A stretch of 64,000 bases of DNA from NCBI RefSeq assembly GCF_006345805.1, contig NC_043019.1, positions 27,961,360 through 28,025,359 on the forward strand, read 5' to 3'. Origin of the DNA: Octopus sinensis. Lineage: Eukaryota. Below the pieces are notes generated by a model that was not told the origin of the DNA, ran no database searches, and worked only from the letters and a program-made list of their open reading frames with translations. Position 1 is the first letter of the stretch. Every line of letters begins with the position of its first letter. The position numbers and the translations under genes were made by a program. Shown here piece by piece: positions 25,342 through 39,753 of the stretch.

Positions 25342-25814
25342 AAAGGTGACAAGCTGGCAGAAACGTTAGCACGCTGGGCAAAATGCTTAGCGATATTTCA
25401 TCTGTCTTTACGTTCTGAGTCCAAATTCTGCCAAGGTCACCTTTGCCATTCATCCTTTTGGGGTCAATAAATTAAGTACCAGTTGCGTACTGAGGTCGAT
25501 CTAATTGACTAGCCCCACCCCACCCCAAAAAAATTTCGGGCCTTGTGCCTAGAGTAGAAAAGAATACATGGTACCAAGATAAGGTGGCGAGCTGGCAGAA
25601 CCATTAGCATGCTGGGCGAAATGCTTAGCGGTATTTCATCTGTCTTTACATTCTGAGCTCAAATTCTGCCGAGGTCAACTTTGCCTTTCATCCTTTCAGG
25701 GTGGATAAATTAAATACCAGTTGCATACTGGGGGGTCAATCTAATCGACTGCCCCCACTTCCTTCCCCAAAATTCAGGCCTTGTGCCTAGAGTAGAAAAG
25801 GAAAAAACAAAATA
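25342..25814 (+). mobile_element. head-to-tail pair of family 4 SINEs inside one 14-bp TSD
   Basis: cttgtcactggaac at 25328-25341 and 25815-25828. Confidence 0.75.
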
Positions 25815-26071
25815 CTTGTCACTGGAACCTTCTATGGTGATCGAGAGAGTGACAAAAGTGTTGTACAAGCTTTTGTCACATAAATTCAATGACATACAAA
25901 TGTCCCACTATCATTTTATTGTGAAATGGCTATCATCTGACTAGACGAGGTAGTCATCATTGTGTGTGTATAGTTAGGCATAAAAACAACCAAACATTAA
26001 TTGAAAGAGCACTCAATACATTTATGTTGTGTTAAATCTATTTTTACAAAGAAAGTTTTGCAGTTTTTTAT

Positions 26072-26515
26072 AGACGTAGGAGTGGCTGTGTGGTAAGTAG
26101 CTTGCTTACCAACCACATGGTTTCAGGTTCAGTCCCACTGCGTGGCACCTTGGGCAAGTGTCTTCTTCTATAGCCTCGGGCTGACCAAAGCCTTGTGAGT
26201 GGATTTGTTAGACGGAAATTGAAAGAAGCCTGTCGTATATATGTATGTATGTGTGTGTGTGTGTATATATATGTGTGTGTGTGTGTGTATATATATATAT
26301 GTATGGGTGTATATGTTTGTGTGCCTGTGTTTGTCCCCCCCTCCAACATTGCTTGACAACCAATGCTGGTATGTTTACGTCCCCCGTCACTTTGCAGTTT
26401 GGCAAAAGAGACCAATAGAATAAGTACTAGGCTTACAAAGAATAAGTCCTGGGGTCGATTTACTCGACTAAATGAAGTGCTCCAGCATGGCCACAGTCAA
26501 ATGACTGAAACAAAA
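26072..26515 (+). mobile_element. family 1 SINE, full length
   Basis: tRNA-like head, CORE-like block, internal microsatellite and tail ...ccagcatggccacagtcaaatgactgaaac. Confidence 0.85.
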
Positions 26516-27819
26516 GCATAAAAGTGTTGTTCGCTTGGTTACCAACACTACAACAACATCAACACTATACCATTACCGCTGCTACCAACACTATAGCAAC
26601 AACAACAACAACAATAACACTACAGCACCACTACCTGTCTGCTACGAACACTATACTACCACCACCAACAACAACACTGCACCATCACCAGCATTACACT
26701 GCTATCGTCATAGCAACAACAACAACATTACATCATCACTACCAACACCACCCCCATCACCACCCTAGCAGTAGTGATGCTGCCAGTAAAATTATAAAAA
26801 CTCTCTGATCCATTAATGGTTCATGGTGGACTTGGATATGGCGGCGAATGGATCAATATATCAAACACTGATACATTTAACTATGGTATGATGTCATTGT
26901 GGTGGGCTGCTGGGGGGTGGGGGGTTTTAAGCTGGATGGTCAATGGGACAGTGTTCTAATTACCATATATTGATGGCAAGTGATCAGAAACCATTATACA
27001 GGAGATTCCAGAATAATTTATGTTTTTGTTGTTTTTTAAAATGGTAGTGACGACGATGATGGTGGCGGTGGCGGTGGTGGTGGTGGTGGTGGTGGTGGTG
27101 ACAGTGATGACGGCAACAGTAATGACAAGCATGGGTGGTGGTGGCGGTGGGGGAGGAGTGACTTTTGCGGTGATGTAGTGACGATGTTAGCAGAGTTGAA
27201 TGCTGTTGCTTATTATTATGATGATGATAATAATAATGACTGTATTAGTGGTGGTGATGTTGATGGTGTTTAACCCCAGGTTGACCCTGGTTGAACAGAC
27301 TTAAGATCAGAGATATTCCAACCATGACTACAAGTGGTGTTGTCGAGGAGGAAGGGATTTCAGTTATGTTTAACTTTCCAACCAGTAATGAAGTTCCTTC
27401 AGCACTGATTACTGTGGCCCCTATTTTAAATCCACTTGTGGACTGGTTGAATGGGTGCCACATAAAATGCACCTTTGCTGAGGCTATATAAAAAAGAGAT
27501 CAGTGCACTCAGTGAAGTGGTTGACATTAGAAAGGGCATCAAGCCAAAACAATTGGGGCCTGGTGCAGCCCTCCAGCTTGCCAGCATCTGTCAAACCATT
27601 CAAATGATGCCAGCATGGGAAACGAACATTAGATGACGGCGATGACGATGATGTAGTAGTAGTAGTAGTAGTAGTAGTGAACAGAGACTCCCTTTCACTG
27701 ATTCCTGTGGTCCCTATTGTGGAGAAGGTGAAAAAGCAAGGGAGGGAGATTTGGTTAATTAGTTCCATCATCAATTACTGACTCATTATAAACAGGAAGT
27801 TGTGATGTTCATCCATCCA

Positions 27820-28170
27820 TCCAATCATCTCTGCCCACTAACCCTGGAAGGGTTGTAGGGGTAGAGTTCCCAGGCACCTTCTCCATAGGATCCTATCAGA
27901 AGGAATCCCAAGCAACAAAATAACTGAGACTATGGATATTATCCGACCATCTCATCCGTTATATCCCCAGGTCTTCTGCTAGTTGACTCAGCTTGAAGAA
28001 TTTTTTTATTATTTTTACAGTTCTTTCTCATGACATTCTAATCATGTCTGTGGCACCAGGGCTGTGACTGCTCAATGCAGAGATGCAACGACTTGACTTG
28101 GAGACACTCTATCATCTCCAAGCTATGTACCCTGATGAGTAACATTATGCCAGAGATTCTCTTGGAGGAA
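27820..28170 (-). mobile_element. RTE LINE 3' relic
   Basis: Reverse complement of ggatgagatggtcggataat. Related to + strand relics at 47810-48110 (RPRMGWLDNI) and 60860-61170. Confidence 0.5.
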
Positions 28171-29462
28171 ACCCTTTTTTGGCCATTTGTATTCTGAAAG
28201 CTGTAATCACTGTTTTCTCATTTGTTACTCTTGGCTGCTTTATAAGTGGTGGCAGTGATGACAGCAACTACGATGACAAGGATTGCGTGATGATGGATGA
28301 TGACGATGACGATAATGATGATGCTGATGATAGCAATGGGTGTGTGATGACATTGCTGACGGTGTATATAGGACGTTTGGTGGTCAGTCAAAAGACATCA
28401 AAGTAGAGATGTGGTTATGAAGTCATCAGAAAGTTTCTGCATCATATTAATATTTGTTCAGAGACCATTATTGCCAACTTTGGCTGTTTGCCCCTCTACC
28501 ACCATTACCACCCACACCACCGCCTCTGCTTGTCATTGTCTTTGCTATCGTCATCGTTGTTGTTATTGCTAATGTCATTGATTTTTTTTATTATTGTTGT
28601 TGTTGTGTTGGGGATTTATTTTTCATGTTGTTGTTGTTATTGCTGTTTCCTTGGGAAACCATGAGGTCACTGTATTAATTAATTTTACATAGACATTTCT
28701 CCATCCTTACATCACCACCACCATCACCGCTGCCCTAACCTCCATCACCACCCACTGCTATATATATATTCATCTATCTGGCTATCCAGCAATATTCCTT
28801 TACCTATGTAGTTGTCTGCTTAACTAAATGTATCCATTTGTCTTTCCATTCATCCATCTATCTGTCCTTCCATCTATCACTCTGTTGGCCAATCTGTCTA
28901 TTTGTTATCTGTCAGTTTATGTCCATCTCTCTGCCTATCAGTATATCTATGTGTTTATTTTTCTGCTTGTTGATCTATCTTATCTTCTCAACATATGTCA
29001 ATCTATCTGCTTATCTGCCATTATATCTATCTGTCAGTTTTTCTGTCTGTCCACCCACAATATATGTCAGTCTATCTGCATATCTGACAGTATGTATATC
29101 TGTCTATTTTTCTTATCTAGTTACTCACCCAATTGTCAATCTGTCAGTTTCTTTACTGCAAAAAAGTTTTCATCTGACCACAAACACCCCTCATCCAGAT
29201 CAACCTAGTGGAAGTTTTCAATATGACTCCATTCCCATATTGTCTTGTGGTCAATGAGGAAGTTAGCCATGGATGCATGGCTTCTGAGAACTGGTCAAGC
29301 TGCAGATGAGGGGCAGTGGAATGGAAGTAGGATCAAAGTTAACAGAACATTTAGTGTGCAATGTAGATGGCTGTTTCCAGCCATTGTGGTCTTAGACTTC
29401 TTCTTGTGGAAGTCGTTCATAATTTCAACAAAATGGTTAAAACTCTTTTATGGTGGCACTTA

Positions 29463-30345
29463 CAGGGTGTTCAGGCTAAATTTGAGAGGTTGTACAAAAA
29501 GAAAACAAAACCCAATATCAACTAGATTATGGCTTGGAGGTAACAGTTTACTCAAAGTGGCCACCCTTATCTTCCACCATGGCTTCAGGATACTCTGCAA
29601 TCTGGTTCATACATTCTTCACTGTGTCCCTGGGAAAATCTTCAAATACCTCCTTGATCTCAGCCACCAGATCAGCCTTGGTGTTGCAGATAGAACAGTTG
29701 CTGTCTTTCTCAATGATGCCCCCTTACACAGTAATCCAAGGGATTACAATCTAGAGAATTAGGAGGCCAGAAATTGGGGCTGGTGAAGTCATAGAGATTT
29801 TCTGACAACCATTACTGGTGCTTTCCGGAGGGATGGCAATAAACCAAATCCAGCTACCACCCATCTGGCCTTTCAGCATCGACCTTCACCAGCTAGGGTT
29901 TGCCAGTCTCCAGCAACTTCAGGTAGCTGTTTGAATTGAGCCTAAGGCCCTGCTCAAAGATGTGGAGATAAATTCTGGCATGCATAGGTTAGTGACTTCA
30001 GACTATAAGCTACAACTCAAAAACACAAACCAATCTGGGGAAGAGGATATAGAAGCTCAACACAGTCCTCTGGCTCATTGGTTCTTGTCTGTGCTACTTC
30101 CTGCTAGCCATGGCCTCGTAGTCTCTGTTGCAGCTGTCCATGTCACATCTTACAGCCTTTACAGTGTTTACAGAGCATTGTGCAACAGTCATGATGCTGA
30201 CATTTTGATACTTGGTCTGAATCATCATGGCACAGGTCACTCTTTTCCAATATTCAGATGGCTTCCAGTCCTTTGTGTCAGCTAGCTTTTTCTCAACTAC
30301 AATTTCAATCTTTATGCTCTCCAATGCCATTGACTCTTCAGCAAC
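29463..30345 (-). mobile_element. Tc1/mariner (maT-like) transposon relic with one TIR
   Basis: End ta|cagggtgttcaggctaaatttg. N-terminal WKPSEYWKRVTCAMMIQTK..AQCSVNTVKAVRCDMDSCNRDYEAMASRK, and the C-terminal part is shared with the 11655 copy. Confidence 0.7.
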
Positions 30346-31039
30346 ATATCAAGCTGTTTCTGTAAAACGAAGACTTACAAAATTGCCAAATTTAGTCTGA
30401 ACTCTCCTGTAGGACTTATTATTCCAAAATCTCAAAATCTATCAAAAGAACTTCTTAGAGGGATTGCTAAAATAATAGGTACTACTCCACTGTCTCTTAA
30501 TATGTGAAAATATAAAGTAGAAGCATGAAACGAAGAGAGACAGCATGAATCAAACAGTCTGCAGGTTAACAAGATCAAAGTTAAGCTACTAGATAATAAC
30601 AGACATTACAAGGACAGTGCAGTTTGAGGGATGTTGTTGTGTTGCCTTGTATATATGTGTGTGTATATCTATGTGTTTTTGTGTGTGTGTGTATGTATGT
30701 ATGTAATTGTGTGGAGAGGAGTGTATGTATATGCACTTATCAAACTTATTGTACCAATGCACGAAACTCTTGGCCCTTGAGTCACTCTGTAACATATGCA
30801 GATTATGAATAAAAAATGTGTGTGTGTGTGTGTGTATATATATATAGGATAGATAGATAGATATATAGATATAGATAGATATATGATATGAAGGTGGGAA
30901 CAGCAGCAGGTCCATTACATATAGTTGTGGAGATAACTGAAAACATTGAAAATATTTGGCAAGGTAGGGCTCGAGCTAGTCACTCTTACAATTAATTAAT
31001 TAATACAGGGCAGTGACATAACCAGTGGCTGGTGCAGCA

Positions 31040-31600
31040 GTCAGTATAATCATCAATTGTTACAAAGTCAAAAGAGATTCTTTGGAAAGAAAACAACTGC
31101 GGCAGCATCAAACTGATGGGTGAAGTTACGAAAATAATGGAAAGAGTATTTGCACAATTAATTAAGAAGAGAATCAATTTAGATGAGATGCAGTTCAGAA
31201 TTATGCCAGATCATAGTACGACTGATGCTTTTTTCATAGTAAAACAGCTGCTAGAGAAATTTTTAGATAAGAAAAACACCTCTCTACCGAGCGTTTGTTG
31301 ACCTGGAGAATATCTTTGATAGGGTGCCATGATCTGAAGTCTGGTTGTCTTGAAGAAAACTCAGTGTATAGAAATGATTTGTGAGAGTGGTACAAGCCCT
31401 GGACAGGAATTCAGTCAGGGAAATGAGAGTTGGCAATGAGTTCAGTGAGAAATTTTGGGGGTAGGCAGGTGTTCAGCAAAGGCCCTGTTCTCAAACATCC
31501 CTCCAATTTATTATAGTTCTCCAAGCTGTAGCAGAGGAATTCAAAATTGGCTGTCCTGGGAATTCCTCTATGTTGATGATCGAGTCCTTATCACAGTCTG
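31040..31600 (+). mobile_element. RTE LINE reverse-transcriptase relic
   Basis: KIMERVFAQLIKKRINLDEMQF..STTDAFFIVKQLLEKF, then AFVDLENIFDRVP and LYVDD-like motifs, with frameshifts. Confidence 0.8.
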
Positions 31601-31750
31601 TGAAGACATTCCAAATGGTTAAAGCTCGTGGTTGTATGGTGGTAGGTGGTGTGTGTGTGTGTGTAAATGCAAATATTGTAGTTGTTGTTGTTGTTGGGGG
31701 TTGTAACCAGGGTTTGCTTATAACTTGTTCTTTTCACTGCTTCTTTTCAG

Positions 31751-31827
31751 ACAACAGATAAGCCTGAAAAATCTGACCTGTTTGATTCCAGTGAAGATGA
31801 CTTTGTCTCTTCGAAACCCAAGGACAA
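31751..31827 (+). CDS. WASHC2: WASHC2 exon
   Basis: ttcttttcag ... AA|gtaagt. Encodes TTDKPEKSDLFDSSEDDFVSSKPKD. Phase 0 to 2, fits both neighbours. Confidence 0.85.
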
Positions 31828-33844
31828 GTAAGTTTGGTGCCTTTCGACAACTTGGTTTGAATTTAATTCTATAAAGTACAGTATAATATGTCTTGTTTAA
31901 GATCTAGTCATTAACAATTATTGATATATTTGATCTAGAAATGCGTCTTGTTTAAATTCAAGCTATTAACAATCATTATACTGACGATGAGAGAAATGTT
32001 GATGTGTTTGTAGGTAGTTGTGTGTCTTGTCTAAGGTCAGGCCATTAATAATGATTACACAAAGCTAGAAGTGTGATTGATGTGAGATTTAAAACAACAC
32101 TAACTGCATGGCTCATAGCTTGATTTTCATTCCTTACAATGAAAGAAGAATTGGGGGACATGTTTCAATCTATTAGACCTCATCAGGATAGCACAGTCTA
32201 AGTCAGCTAATCAACTGACATATTTTATACAGCCACCTGCCATTATATAAATGTGAGCTAGCCATGTATCTTCTCCATAGCAATACTCCTGTTTGTCCCT
32301 GACAAAATCTTCTCTTCATCATCTCATAATACCCTACACACACTTAATCAAAGGAAATTTTTCCTTTCTTATTCTTTCCCTTTTTCTTGTCCTTGCAAGT
32401 TGCTTGGCAACCCCACTAGTGCTGGTAGAATAAAAAAACCACCCAATATACACCGTAAAGTAGCTGGCATTAGGAAGGGCATCCAGTCATAGAAACCATG
32501 CCCTGTGGCTCAGCAGACCCTGTTAAACCATCCAGCCCATGCCAGTATGGATTTTAAATTTTGGAACAATTTTAGGGGAGGGGGTAAGTCAGTTGCATCA
32601 CCCCCAGTGCTCAATTAGTACTTATTTTATCCCCATCCCCACCACCACCATCCCAAAAGGATGAAAGGCAAATTTAGCCTCGGCAGAATTTGAGCTCAGA
32701 ATGTAAAGACAGACCAAATACTGCTAAGCATTTCACCTGAGATGCAAATGATTCTGCCAGCTCACTGCCTTACATAGTAAACAGATATTAAATGATGACA
32801 ACAACGATGACAATGGCATCAGCAGCAGTCCAATGTTTGGCATAAAAATAATCAAACAACTGGATGCCATCCCATAAGACTTGCTGAGCCTAGAGTCTCT
32901 ATATAAAGGGTTAGTCTGGTTTGCTAGAAATAACAGCCAAACTATCCTTCAAACTATTGTATCCTGTCTTATCCAACTTACTTGTTAGAGTTAGAAAAGT
33001 TACTTCAAGTCTCCTAAAAACTTCAGTTCGTGATTTTCATTTAATGTGTGTTCGGAAGCAATTCCAATGTGTGTATTATTGTTGCTAAGTGATTATCAAT
33101 AATCGTTAATCCGTAGGTGCAGGCGTGGTTGTGTGGGTAAGAAGTATGCTAATGCTTCCCACCAATGTTGTTTTGGGTTCAGTCCCAATGCACGGCACCT
33201 TGAGCAAGTGTCTTCTAGTATAGCTCTGGACCAATCAAAGCCTCATGAGTGGATTTGGTATACGGAAACTGAAGGAAACCTGTTGTCTGTGTGTGTGTGT
33301 GTGTGTGTGTGTCCTTGTCTTGACATCTCATAATAGTATAAAATAATTGCCACAGTCATAGAAGCTGTGCCGTTCATCTCCAATATTCTGCAAGAACATG
33401 TCTGGCTACAAGGAAATATTATATTGTTTGTGTATGTATGTACAATGGACTTCTTTCACTTTCTGTCTACCACATCCACTCTCTAGTCTTTGGTTTGCCT
33501 GGGATTATTGTAGAAGACACTTGCCCAAGGTGCTATTCATTGGGATTGAACCCAGAACCATGTGGTTGGGAAGCAAACTTCTTATCACACAGCCATACCT
33601 ACACATATACATGTGTATACATATGTCCATTCATGTGTGCATGCAGACACACACACAAAGAGAAACAAATATAGGTAGATTTTATGTTATCTTAGAGGTT
33701 TTTTTCTTTTTTTTTTTCTTTTTGTTAATTGCATCCTTGAGACTCACTGATTGGAATTATAACCATCTACACATATACTCACACATACACACACACACAC
33801 ACACATACACACTTGACTAAACTTATATCTGCCATCTCTTGCAG

Positions 33845-33929
33845 TGTGAAGAAGAAGCCAGTTGGCGGTGTGTCCATATTTGGAGGTGCAGATTTATTTT
33901 CAAGCAAACTTCTTGCAAAAGACAAAAAG
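33845..33929 (+). CDS. WASHC2: WASHC2 exon
   Basis: ctcttgcag ... AAG|gtcagt. Encodes VKKKPVGGVSIFGGADLFSSKLLAKDKK. Phase 2 to 0. Confidence 0.88.
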
Positions 33930-34898
33930 GTCAGTGTTCTTCTCTTAAACATGAAGTCTTCTTCAAAAAATAATTTACATACGTGTGTGCGCATGTGTTT
34001 GCTGTATATATATGTGTGTGTGTGTGTGTGTATGTGTGTGTGTCTGTGTGTAAACAATGGTATGTAAAAGACATTTCTTGATGGCACATCTATTAGTAAT
34101 TTAATCCAGGTGGCTAGGTAAGCGGTGTATCTAAACAGATGCAACACTACCCAGGTGGGCATCACTGTCTTTGCCTTTGAATAATTACATCTGTGTGTGT
34201 GTGTATTGGGTGGACCAAAAGTCATGCACAAAATAAGTTCACTGTGCTCCAGAATTGTCAAAGACATGCTACAATCTTTCTAAAATTGAATAAAATAAAA
34301 TAAAGATGAATACACACGTACTTGTACACGATACGCAAAATAATAATAATAATGATAATAATAATAATGCAATATATCTATGTGTGTTGGTCTGTACTTG
34401 TCCCCTCTACTCTCATCACTGTTTGACAACCTGTGTTGATGTCTTTATGTTCTTGTAACTTAGCGGTTCATAAATGAGACCAATAGAATAAGTACTAGAC
34501 TTTAAAAATAAGTCCTGATGTCGATTTGTTCAACTAAAATCCTTCAAGGTGTTGCTCCATCGTGGTCACAGTCAAATGACTGAAACAAATAAAAGAAACT
34601 GAAATGTTAAATGTTTTGATGTATGCCTTTTGGCCCACCCTCTCTCTCTCTCTTGATATATATATATATAAGCTTAGCAAAAGGTGTACGTACACTACTA
34701 TATATATAAATCCAAAAAATGGAATAAGAATGTAACAGACAACAACAAAAACATATGGACAGATAAACGATACAAAGATGGACAGACAAAACCCAGAGCC
34801 TCTCAACAGAAGTATGGTAATGAAAGGGTTAAGCATTTCTTTATTGTTGATGTATTGATTTCTGTATTGATCCCATTCATTCTTGTTCTTGTTCCCAG

Positions 34899-35117
34899 AA
34901 AGAAGAGAAGCCAGATGAGCCAGCACCAGCTCCTGCAAGAAAGTCTACGACATTGTCTCTCTTTGATAATGATGAGGAGGAGGATGATGATTTCTTCAAC
35001 TCTGTGTCCAAGCCATCACCTTCTTCACAGTCTTCAGACAGTAGTACTACTACTGCTACTACCACATCCACACCTGGAAGCTCTTACAGTAGCAAAACAA
35101 CGACTGTGGTGTCGACA
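34899..35117 (+). CDS. WASHC2: WASHC2 exon
   Basis: gttcccag ... ACA|gtaagt. Encodes KEEKPDEPAPAPARKSTTLSLFDNDEEEDDDFFNS...VVST, 73 codons. Confidence 0.88.
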
Positions 35118-35439
35118 GTAAGTATTTATTTTTTTAATGGCTTAGCCAAGAAGAGAGAAGGGCTCAGTCCCTGAACTGGGACTGGATGGGACGAAGAGAG
35201 AGAGAGAGAGAGAGTGTATTACTCTCAGACTCTGCCAAAGGCACCCAAAAAGTGTCAGATGAGGATGTTAAACTGGACAGGAATCCCCAAAATAGGAACA
35301 ATCCCTCTAATGCGCTTCCACACAGTTTGTTTCTACCAAATTTTATTCTCAGGGCCATTAGCAGAAGACACTTGCCATATCAGGGGTTAAACCTTAAACT
35401 ACACATTAGGGACCATACACATATGCCTAATGCATCCTT

Positions 35440-35720
35440 TCGTTTCTTTCCTTTTTTCGAGGACGTTTCCACCTCCTCGACTTCCTCCCACTCTTCCTCC
35501 GCTGAGGGAGCAGTATTTTGATTAACTACTCCAGAACCCTATATTAGTCCTTTGGGCAGTTCTCTTTTATATGTCCCGGCTCCAGGCACAGGTGACACTT
35601 GGTGGGGCATCCCTCAAGCATCACCATCTGCTTTTCCACCTCCGATCATCAGTCGCTTAAGTTCAATTGGTGATGTCACAATTGGAATGTTACTGTTCTT
35701 ACATTGCATCATGGGATTGT
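35440..35720 (-). mobile_element. LINE ORF1/gag-like relic with a CCHC zinc knuckle
   Basis: EGCPTKCHLCLEPGHIKENCPKD fits C-x2-C-x4-H-x4-C, followed by a stop and an acidic/basic tract. Confidence 0.55.
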
Positions 35721-36248
35721 TTTTGTTGTTTTTTTTTAATCAACTAAACCTAATTACTGCTTCATTTTCTCACTCACTCTCTCAACTCCAGAACTTTAAC
35801 TAAACAGCAATGTATGTGAGTATATTTGTATGTATGTATGTATGCTATTGTATTTTTATGTATCTGTGTATCTGTTTCTATTTGAACTTCTTTATGTATG
35901 TGTGTGTGTGTGTGTCTGTATGTGTGTTCCAAAAACCTTCATTTTGTATTCTGTTGTTGAATGTTATGAGAATTCAGTCGCTTTCTTCCTTCCTTCTACT
36001 TAACTTTTTGTACAGCTCCCCTTCTATTCTACTGTTTGTCTATCTGCTTTTTCTATTTATTCACTTATCTCATTATCCATCTTCTCATCTCTCCTGCCAG
36101 CCATTTATCTATCTAGTAATCTGTCCCTCACTCTGTTGTCTCTGTCTATAACCATCTGTCAATCCATCCATATCTTTATACAATTAGGTATCTATTTGTT
36201 ACTCTTTAATTATCCATTTCCCTTTTCTTCTATCTTTCTCCCTCCCAG

Positions 36249-36362
36249 ACTAAAGTTCGAACTAAATCACTATTTGAAGATGAAGACATTTTGTTTAGAT
36301 CTTCTGAAGAAAATCCAACGGTTGACCTATTCAGCTCCCAAGGACCCTTGGCATCAAAGAAG
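36249..36362 (+). CDS. WASHC2: WASHC2 exon
   Basis: cctcccag ... AAG|gtaaac. TKSLFEDEDILFRSSEENPTVDLFSS resembles the FAM21 segment KSTGVFQDEELLFS...DPDVDLFA (recalled). Confidence 0.9.
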
Positions 36363-37410
36363 GTAAACAGTATTGAAACACACCATTTCTTTGTTTATTT
36401 TTTGATTTTACAATTTCTTTCAAAAGTAAAAGATCTGTGTCCTAGGAAAAGGTTGTGGTGACGGTGGCAACTGCTGCAGCTTGGTCTCACCTTTTATTTC
36501 AACAGTCTGAGACCTTTCGCCATTGGGGCCTTATTAGGCAAATTGTTTGTCCTCATTAATTCTTTTTCTTTTATCCCTTTCACTGCAAAATTCCGTTTAT
36601 AATATTAAATATCTATCAAAAAAATAGAATTTATATTTTCTGCAATTCCTGTTCAATAAACTTGACATATTTCAACAGAAAATAGTTTCAAACATGACAA
36701 AAGATAGATGAAGATATAAAACTGCTTTCCACTGGAAGGGGTAATGAAATTTTGAGTGAATATAGCTCCTTTCCATAGTAAAAGGGTTGACTATATTCTA
36801 GCGAGGTGAATTTAACATTTCATGCTTTGGGGACGATGGGGTGGGAGTAGATTCTTCAGATTTTGTTTGCAATAAATGTTTTGTAGCCCCTACACTAACT
36901 GTCACCTTTTTGTTGTCTTACATGTTCAAACTGAGCAGATCTGGCCTCTCATACTTACCCTACAATATCATTCCGAAAAATAAACAATCACATCATTGAA
37001 ATCTTAAAGCTGTGAGACACTGCCTGAATATTTCAAAACAATGCCAACACCAGTGCCAGTGGCACGTAAAAAGCACCATTCAAGAATGGCCGATGCCAAT
37101 GCCGCATAACTGGCCCCCATGCCAGTGGCACGTAAAAAGCACCCACTACACTCTGGCATTAGGAATGGCATCCAGCTGTAGAAACTTTGCCAGGTCAGAT
37201 TGAAGCCTGGTGCAGCCCCCTGGCTTACCTCAGTCAAACCATTGTCCAACCCATGCTAGCATGGAAAGCGGACATTAAACGATGGTGATGATGATAATGA
37301 ATGTCAATAAATAAGCATTTCATTTGACAGAGGAATCCAAATGTTAAAAAATTGAAGAAAATAATCTGGTCTTTCCCTTTGTCAAAACCAATCCATTTTT
37401 GCTATTTCAG

Positions 37411-37503
37411 AATGAGCAACAAACTTCAGAACGAAAGGAGTCCAGTTCTGATTTATTTGCAGACGATGGTTCCACATCAGTGGAGAAGAGTAGTATTAAA
37501 ATA
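37411..37503 (+). CDS. WASHC2: WASHC2 exon
   Basis: gctatttcag ... ATA|gtaaga. Encodes NEQQTSERKESSSDLFADDGSTSVEKSSIKI, 31 codons. Confidence 0.82.
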
Positions 37504-37879
37504 GTAAGAAAATGTTTTGTTACATCTCTTCCTTTTGTTCTTATTGTATTATTTCTCTGAGCAACATTTTGGGCAAATGTCTTTAACCTTGGGTAAACCG
37601 ATGCTTTTCAGTGAAATTTGTTAATGGAAACTGCATGGAAGCCCTTTGAAGGGAGTCTTTTGTCAGGATGAACATAATCTTAACACCTGGTTTAATACTG
37701 CTACCTAGTCTTTCAGTATCTTTAATTAAATCCACTCCATTGAAATTATCTAATCAGGTCTCTGGTCTATGGATAAATGCCATTCCTCCATTCTTCTATC
37801 ATAGAAACACAATGCTCTCATTCATTTGTCTTTTAACCCAAAACAATCCTTGTAGTAATACAGTAATACCAAGCATGGT

Positions 37880-38374
<495 letters not shown>

Positions 38375-38964
38375 AAATAAGATAGGGGTTATGGGTGTAA
38401 CCCACTGTGGGATAGTATTTATCCAATATACTGTTGGTAAAGTACCCAGATTCTTAATACATAAATGTTTTTAATTGCAATGCAATTAACTCATTTATTG
38501 TATTAAATGGGTGAAGGTTAAGAAATATTTTTGCTGTAAATTTATAATACAAATAAGAAAATGGAGAAACAAATTTAGTTTGTTCATCAACTTTCGGATA
38601 TTAGAATGTTGGATTATTTATTCATTTAACAAAATGAGAACCTCAATAGCATACATATATATTTTACAATTCAATACATATAAGATAAGAATACAAATTA
38701 TAAGAATCATAATATAAATTATTGAAATCATTAAAATCACTTCTTACAGCTGTTTCAGCCTATGGCTAAAAGTAGTTTTTAAAATTTTATTGCCTATAGT
38801 TGTCAACATAATGAGGTTGTAGGCATTTAAAAATAGGGTACTTATATATATAACCATACTTGATTTAAACATTTCTGATATTTGTCTCCTTGTGATACAT
38901 ACTTCCATGTGACATCTCCATGTAATGCTTGCTTGTCTCCATGTGATATTTTCTTTTATTTTAG

Positions 38965-39091
38965 ACAGAAACTATACAACAAACCTCTGTCCGAAAGCCC
39001 ATTGGTGGGGTTTCAATATTTGGTGGAATTGACTTCTCAGAAATTAAAAAGAAGAAAAAGTCAGACGGTGAGGAAGTCTTCACAGAAAACA
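38965..39091 (+). CDS. WASHC2: WASHC2 exon
   Basis: ttttattttag ... A|gtgagt. Encodes TETIQQTSVRKPIGGVSIFGGIDFSEIKKKKKSDGEEVFTEN. Phase 0 to 1. Confidence 0.85.
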
Positions 39092-39670
39092 GTGAGTCTT
39101 CAGGTTTTATTTATTTTTGTGTCTCTTATTTATTGATCAGCCCTAGGTTAGCCCTAATTCAACAGAATTATGGCCACATGTGCTCCAGCCATAATATCAC
39201 AGTTGTTATTGAAAGGCAGTGTGACTAAGGCTACATTATCTGTTTTTAGGATAGATTATTATTTGAAAAACATCACCATTTAATGTTTGTCACCACTTAA
39301 TGTTGGACACCTGATCTTTAACATGGCTGTTAGAGATAAGGTGTCCAGCACTGAGAAAGTGCCAAAATAGCTCAAAACTGGGCTTGTCTACTGGTCCTGT
39401 CGCTAGAAGGTGGTAGTGGGGTCTGCTCCCCTGCTTGCAATATATTTGATGCAACTAGCATCAGCATCATTAACCAACTAGAGGAAATGTTCTCTTGGGG
39501 TTAAAAACAAATTGCAGTAACATTCATTCATACAGAACAGCCACGTTGAAGTGGAGACAAGCATTACCTGCCAGTACAGTTACTACTTACATCTCTTACA
39601 GAGATTTTATGACCAGCTGCTTTGCTTGTTGCATCATAATTTAATTTTGTATTTTTTGTTTTCTTTACAG

Positions 39671-39753
39671 CTGTATCAGTTAATGTTGAAGAAAAGTCAA
39701 CAACCAAAGCTCCAGCTCCTCCTGTCAAACCAAAGAAGATTTTAAAAATTCAG
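39671..39753 (+). CDS. WASHC2: WASHC2 exon
   Basis: ttctttacag ... CAG|gttagt. Encodes TVSVNVEEKSTTKAPAPPVKPKKILKIQ. Phase 1 to 0. Confidence 0.82.
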
